A DNA stretch of 64,000 bases, taken from assembly GCF_009914755.1 (NCBI RefSeq), contig NC_060937.1; one strand, written 5' to 3'. The position numbers were made by a program, and so were the translations under genes. The notes under the pieces are model-generated. The model made no database searches, was not told the DNA's origin, and saw only the letters and a program-made list of their open reading frames with translations. Origin of the DNA: the human T2T-CHM13v2.0 reference genome, Homo sapiens. Every line of letters begins with the position of its first letter. Position 1 is the first letter of the stretch. Shown in pieces: positions 58,412 through 64,000 of the stretch.

Positions 58412-59344
58412 CAATTCAACCGGGGGAAAAATCTTGGTTAAATCAGTTGCTTGGTCTTGTATAGACAAAACTGAGAATTTCTTATTGAATCCAAACTCAT
58501 TGTTTGATTCTCTGATAGTTTGTACACATGGAGCATGTTACCATTGAGAGTATGGATCCAAAGATAAACTACATTGGTTCAAATCTCAGCACTTGCTGGC
58601 TACGTACTTTTGGAAATTTAGCCTGGGGCTCAGTTTCTTCATCTACTAAAGGAGAAGCTAATTACACCTTAAAGTCTCGGGGAATTAGATGATCAATGCA
58701 TGTAATATACTTCACAGAGAGCCTGGAATAAGTAAATACTTAATCAGTGATAACTATTATTATTTAACAGTCCAACAAATATTCAATTCATACATGAAGT
58801 AGATAATAACAAAATCCTCCAATGTAAAAATATATCTTAAAAGTAAAAGATGTTTAGGCTTAAGGTATATATTTGGCATTATAAAATGGCTTAAACAGAC
58901 TTAGGATTTTTCATGCCTGGCCTCATAATGACAAAATATCCTTCTGAAATGCCCAGATTAAGAATTAAGAAAGTAGTTCTACACCAGGCAAGGCATTTAA
59001 AAAAGACAGAAACATTTTCTATATCACTATTCTTGGAAGAAATAATTTTCATGGCCAATAAAATTAGGTATATTTTCCCCCAGTTTGCAAAACGTCTCAT
59101 AATTTATGTGCTGTTGAAATTCTATGAGTTTTTAATTTTAGTGATGGTATACTTTATTCTATAATTAATTGATTCTTTCTCAAATTTTCTCTTCTTTCCC
59201 CATTGGTCCTGTTCTGTTACTTTGGATATTATATAAGTTTTACTCCCTGTTCTCAAAATATTTGAAATACAAAGAAAGAAAAAAAAGAAAACCAGTGTTT
59301 TGTTTTCTCATCAGCATACCAACTCTCAGCATTCCCAGCCTGGG

Positions 59345-59401
<57 letters not shown>

Positions 59402-60174
59402 AAGAGACAGAGACAGACACAGAGAGAGAGAGAGAGAGAAAGTATTTAGTGATTTTTAAAAAGCACTGGGAGAACTATCCAATGTTTTTTACTCTAAGAA
59501 AAATTTAGAACAGCTGTGGAGGCTGGGATCCCAGGGAAAATGAGGTAAGATTCCAGGTGCTGTCTTTGGCTGCCAGTTCTGTAAAACAGTATTGTATTAA
59601 GATAAATAAATAGATAGATAAATAAACACTGCTCTTTTAATTACCAAGGAGGCGGGTTTTGGAAAAGATGTGCCAAGTCACATATGAGTGCCTATGCAAC
59701 CCAGATTTTAATTTCCTAATCCGTGTCCGTCTGTGTGGTGGGTTCCTGCCAGAGGCTGTTCAAACTGTCCTGGGCATAATTGCAGCAGGAGAATCTGAGG
59801 AACTGTAATGTAGGATTACCTTGCCCTTTCTTTCTTTTCCTTATTTTCCTTCAAGACTTTTAAGAGCAATTTGGTAAAAATGGTGTTTAAAATTAATTTC
59901 TTAGCACTATTCATCGAGTCATCTTTATTTCAGCGTCATCGTTTCTAGGTTTATCAAAACAACTCTGGATTAAAATACAAGGATCCATACTTTTGCAGAG
60001 CCCATTTCACTCTGTGAGCAAATCAGCATGTATTTATGGCACAGGTATATAATGGAAAACAAGTCTTTAACATTAAAAAATATGGAAACTGAGGATGCTG
60101 AAATCAAATCGTCAGGTATACAAGGCCACAGAGGGGGCAAAGTGCTCTTGTCTTTTGTGGCTTCAAGCACAATC
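58412..60174 (-). pseudogene. Three pseudo-exons (~58412-58511, ~58917-59261, 59820/59991-60174)
   Basis: atttctag| open IVLEATKDKSTLPPLWPCIPDDLISASS...; strong pyrimidine tract ending caa then ILRTGSKTYIISKVTEQDQWGKKRKFEKE...FLILNLGISEGYFVIMRP|gcatga; tatcag|...|gtagct. Confidence 0.55.
59346..59438. repeat. (TG)n microsatellite (~26 units) followed by (AG)-rich repeat
   Basis: Direct inspection. Confidence 0.95.
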
Positions 60175-61275
60175 CTAGAAATTTTTTTTGGTTACCATTG
60201 GGAGCATGGCTGGGAATCAAGTCATGATATAAAGGAATGCTGGGTGTGAAGACCCAGTTTTAGTTGAACAATCGTAAGTTTATGTAGAAAATAATAGATC
60301 AAATTTCTCCAGAAACAATCAACTGCCTGAAAGCTGGGGCAGAAAAATAGTGTTGTGGTCAAACAGGCAGGGGCCAGTATAAAGTTAAGGGAGCAAGGGC
60401 CATACAAGGGCCCCATGGATAAAGATAGAAGCTTCTTGGGAGGACTGGCCGTGAGTCAGTAAAGGTAAGGAAAGCAAGGATGCAGAGGAGGGTGATGATC
60501 TCCAAGATTCTAGGACATAGGTGGAAGACTAGCAGTCAGGAAAGAATAGCATTTTAAAAAATAAAGTATTTGGAGAATTCAGAGGAGGGGCTATTTTGAA
60601 ATTTAATATCTTGGAAATGATTGTGAATTATGATGACGTCAAGACTATGGGTCTGGCCAGCAACTCCTACTACAGAGTAGAAGTGAGGGGGCTCAAGTTA
60701 AGGAGATGAAGGGAAAGTGAGGCCCAGGTGCTGAATATTTTGTCTATAGAGAAGATGGTGTTGGAGGGAGAAGTGGAGAGAAAGACTGTGACCCAGGCCC
60801 TACAACTATGTAAGACATTGCAGACTCATACCAAGATCCTTGTACTTAGCCACAATGAGGGCCAGGAAAGAACATTGTGAAGGGATCATATGAACTTTCA
60901 GGGATAACGCTAGAGGAATCATGATCAATAACTAGCAGCAACCCTATCAGCTTTCAGACACTTCCTTCTTTGCCTCCCTCTGCCACTGCCCTCTCTCCTA
61001 ACAGTCCAAAGTTCTTGACAACAGAGTTGATTCATTAAATAAGGTGACACATGAATAAACCTTCTCACCAAAAGGAGTTGTTCAAAAGAAGCTACATTAC
61101 CTGGCAAGATAGCAACTATCATATTTAGATTGCCTTTTATCCTCCTCATGTTCACTCTCAAATTAGCTGATTTTCAGTTTGGGAAATTCTGAGATCCCAG
61201 ATTCAAAGGAATGAGATATTGGGGTTTGGCGTGGGAGGGCTACAAAGGTGAAAGCATCAAAAGCTTGGTGGGCAT

Positions 61276-61738
61276 TTATATTAATTTCCTTGGGCTGTCC
61301 TAACAAAGTATCACACACTGGGTGGCCTAGAACAACAGTAATGTATTCTCTCACAGTTCTGAAGACTAGAAGTCCAAAATCAAGTTGCCAGCAGGGCATA
61401 GTCCCTCAGACACTCTGAGCAGAATCCTTCCTTGACCATTCCTAGCTTCTGGTAGTGGCTGTCAATCTGTGGCATTCTTTGTCTTTCAGCTGCTTCACTG
61501 CAATCTCTGCCTCTGCTATCACATAGCATTCTTCCTGCATGTCTCTGTGTCTGCATCCAAGTTCCCCTCTTCGTATAAAGACACTAGTCATATTGGCTTA
61601 GGGGCCTAATCTTCTCCATTATGTCCTCATCTTAACTACTTACATCTCCAACAACCCTATTTTCACATAAGGTCACATTCTTAGGTCCTGGGGCTAGGAC
61701 TTCAGCATGTCTTTTTGGGGGACACAATTCAACTCACA
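61276..61738 (-). mobile_element. MLT1C-like MaLR solo LTR
   Basis: attaatttccttgggctgtcctaacaaagtatcacacactgggtggc...cacataaggtcacattc...gggggacacaattcaac. Confidence 0.88.
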
Positions 61739-62149
61739 GCATCTTAGGAGACAATTCAAAAGCTAGACTGGGGAGCCAGGGTAGGGTGTTGGGAAGAGAG
61801 AGGGTGTCAAAGCATGCCGTAGTTCCTGAATAATGGAGCATCACAAATTAACACCCAAAGTTTGGAACTGACAAATGCTACTAAAGCAGTAGGATGCTGA
61901 AAGTAGGATTGCTGGGGGGAGAGGTGAGTACTATAACCAAAACTCAAGTCAGATAAAGAGGAGGAAGGGGTAAGAAAACTTTGCATGCGTTAACTAGGAA
62001 TAGGCATATTTTATTTAATTTTAGCAAATACATCAACCTTAGATCATTGAGTGTCAGGGAATACATATTTGGGTTTAGTCAATCGTGATATTCATTGATT
62101 GATCAATAAGTATTTTTGTTTGTTAATCTTTAGGTGTTAGTCAAGTGAC

Positions 62150-62950
62150 ACAGCCTGGTGGTTAAGGACAGGCTCTAGGGCCAGGTTGCTCGGCTTGGAA
62201 AACTATCCCATTCCCTATCAGCTGTGAGACCTTAGGTAGATTATATAACTTTCTTATGTCTCAGTTTTCTTATCTGTAAAATGAGTACCTATTTCGCAGG
62301 GTCACTGTGAAGACTAAATGAGCCAATCTGTTCTGTGTCTGGCACATAGAAAGTGCTCAAAATATAATAATTATATTTTGTGTTAGTTTATGGAGTATCT
62401 CATTTTTAAAATAAAATTCTTGAGTTAAATTAAATATAAACATGAAGAATATAAATTACTGAGTTTTATTTTGGCTTAAAGTCTCTTTTGTTTAACTTTT
62501 TATGTAGTATGTCTGCTTTTTTTCTTAATGGGAAAATATTTTTTGCATAGGTTTGAAAGAAATTACTAAACTATTTTATTATATAGCTTCTTCATCTGAA
62601 ACTAGAATATAACACTTATTAAAATATAATTGTTAATTAACTCTTTTGCATACTTAAAAAGCTGTGTTTTTTATATCATTTAAGTATTGTGGGTGATGAA
62701 AATAGTAGTAATTAGATAATATTGTTCACTTAGTAAGTGCTGCTCTACCAAGCACATTCTATACATTTTTGGCATTTCATCTATAAAACAGCCCCATTAA
62801 GCATAAGAAAGCATTTCTTTCTCTCTCTGTCTTTTAAATGAGATCAGTGAAGCACAGAGTGGTTAGGTAATTTGTCCAAGGTAACACAGCTATAAAATAG
62901 TTCAGTGAGAATGCAAACCATATTTATCTGATAATAAAGTCTGAGCTCTT
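62150..62950. mobile_element. Two MIR relics (~62150-62370 +, ~62720-62950 -)
   Basis: ctgtgagaccttagg...ctcagttttcttatctgtaaaatg; gaagcacagagtggttaggtaatttgtccaagg. Confidence 0.75.
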
Positions 62951-63257
62951 AATTAATTTGTTTCCTCTAAGCCCAGATTCTGGGCTCCATTTTAATATAT
63001 ATAGATTTTTTTAAAGATAAAATACATAGTAATAAAATTATTTATAAAATATATCCTTTTCTTAATTTAATAACCAGATGACTAGAGGGCTAAAATATGT
63101 TTTGTAAGCATAATTTATTTCTAGTATTTCTAGAAATGGCATTAAATAAAATTACTAGTTCCTCAGTAATGTTTGCTCATTTTCTAAAAAGTTATTTCCT
63201 TTCAGAAACATAAAAAAAAGTAAATGGCAATGCAAAACTCTATTCCTATTTTCTTAC

Positions 63258-63755
63258 TAAGTAAAGGCTTTAGAAAAAATTTCCAACTTTTCTTTGCAAA
63301 CTTTTCACTTCCGCAGTGTTTTCTATCTCAACAACAATGAAGCAACATCCTTGAACCCCTCTGTCACCTCTTCACTGCTATGGATTTGTTTAGAATCGCT
63401 CTCTACCTCTGTCTCTAAGCATACACTGATTAAAATGTTTTAATTAAAAGTATGACTACTATAGAAAAATTATTGAGCAATTCTTCAGGATAAAAATGCT
63501 TAGTGTTGGAAGCCTAATTCTACTGTTCATGTTCATACTGAGCAATATTTTCTAAAAGGTTCACTTCTGTGTTGTGTAATATTGGATGTAGTCCCAACAG
63601 CTAGAAGGTATTGTTTCTAAAACAAGGCCAAGCAAGCATAAAAGTTTGTACGATGATACAGATTTGATTAGCTCTTAAGCAAAACAAGTTCAGCCAGGCT
63701 GGTTTGAGCAGTCATTCTATACTGAATCCTATAACTTTCTACCACTGCCATCCTT
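63258..63755 (-). pseudogene. Two pseudo-exons (63539-63755, 63258-63414)
   Basis: ctctttctcag|...tca|gtatga; tatgcttag|TEVESDSKQIHSSEEVTEGFKDVASLLLR*KTLRK*KVCKEKLEIFSKAFT|gtaaga. Confidence 0.6.
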
Positions 63756-64000
63756 CTGAGAAAGAGTGGGCTTTTGTTATATTCTAAAACCATTTTTAAA
63801 AGGAAGGGGTGACGTGGTTCTGTAGGTCATAGTATCTGGCAGCCTGCACTCAGAAAAACTGTAGAGACACTGGGATGGGAGCCAAGTTACTTAGAATTGT
63901 AATACAGCTCATAAGAGATGAAAAGGAATTTCACTAAGGCACCAATATTACCATTTCTGAGGAAGAATGGGGTCCTGTTTCCTAATTGATGAAACACTCC

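Noticed and set aside
60925-61161. 78-aa minus-strand ORF as another exon
   Set aside because: No convincing acceptor/donor pair, and it adjoins degenerate L2-like sequence.

Overview
Primate (human-like) nuclear DNA, AT-rich, with Alu, L1, L2, MIR, MaLR/ERV LTR and DNA-transposon relics. There is no intact protein-coding gene, RNA gene or CRISPR array, and most supplied ORFs are repeat-derived or chance. The main signal lies in the non-repeat DNA on the MINUS strand: from about 63.8 kb to base 1, about 35-45 exon-sized blocks sit between polypyrimidine-AG acceptors and GT donors. Many adjacent blocks have compatible reading phases and translate to protein-like sequence broken by scattered stops, some frameshifts and some mutated splice sites. 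I read this as one large, intron-containing dead gene (unprocessed or unitary pseudogene, probably over 2000 codons) extending past both window ends. I do not recognise the gene. It has a SAM-domain-like segment and a twice-repeated M..F..RG...FEK motif. Two L1 insertions fall in candidate exons: an L1PA7-like copy with a 5' inversion, and an L1PA3-like copy with a ~545-bp 3' transduction and a 42-bp target-site duplication. Exon frames were read by hand and partly chosen by phase chaining, so they need cross-species confirmation. Repeat subfamily names come from remembered consensus features, not from a RepeatMasker run.
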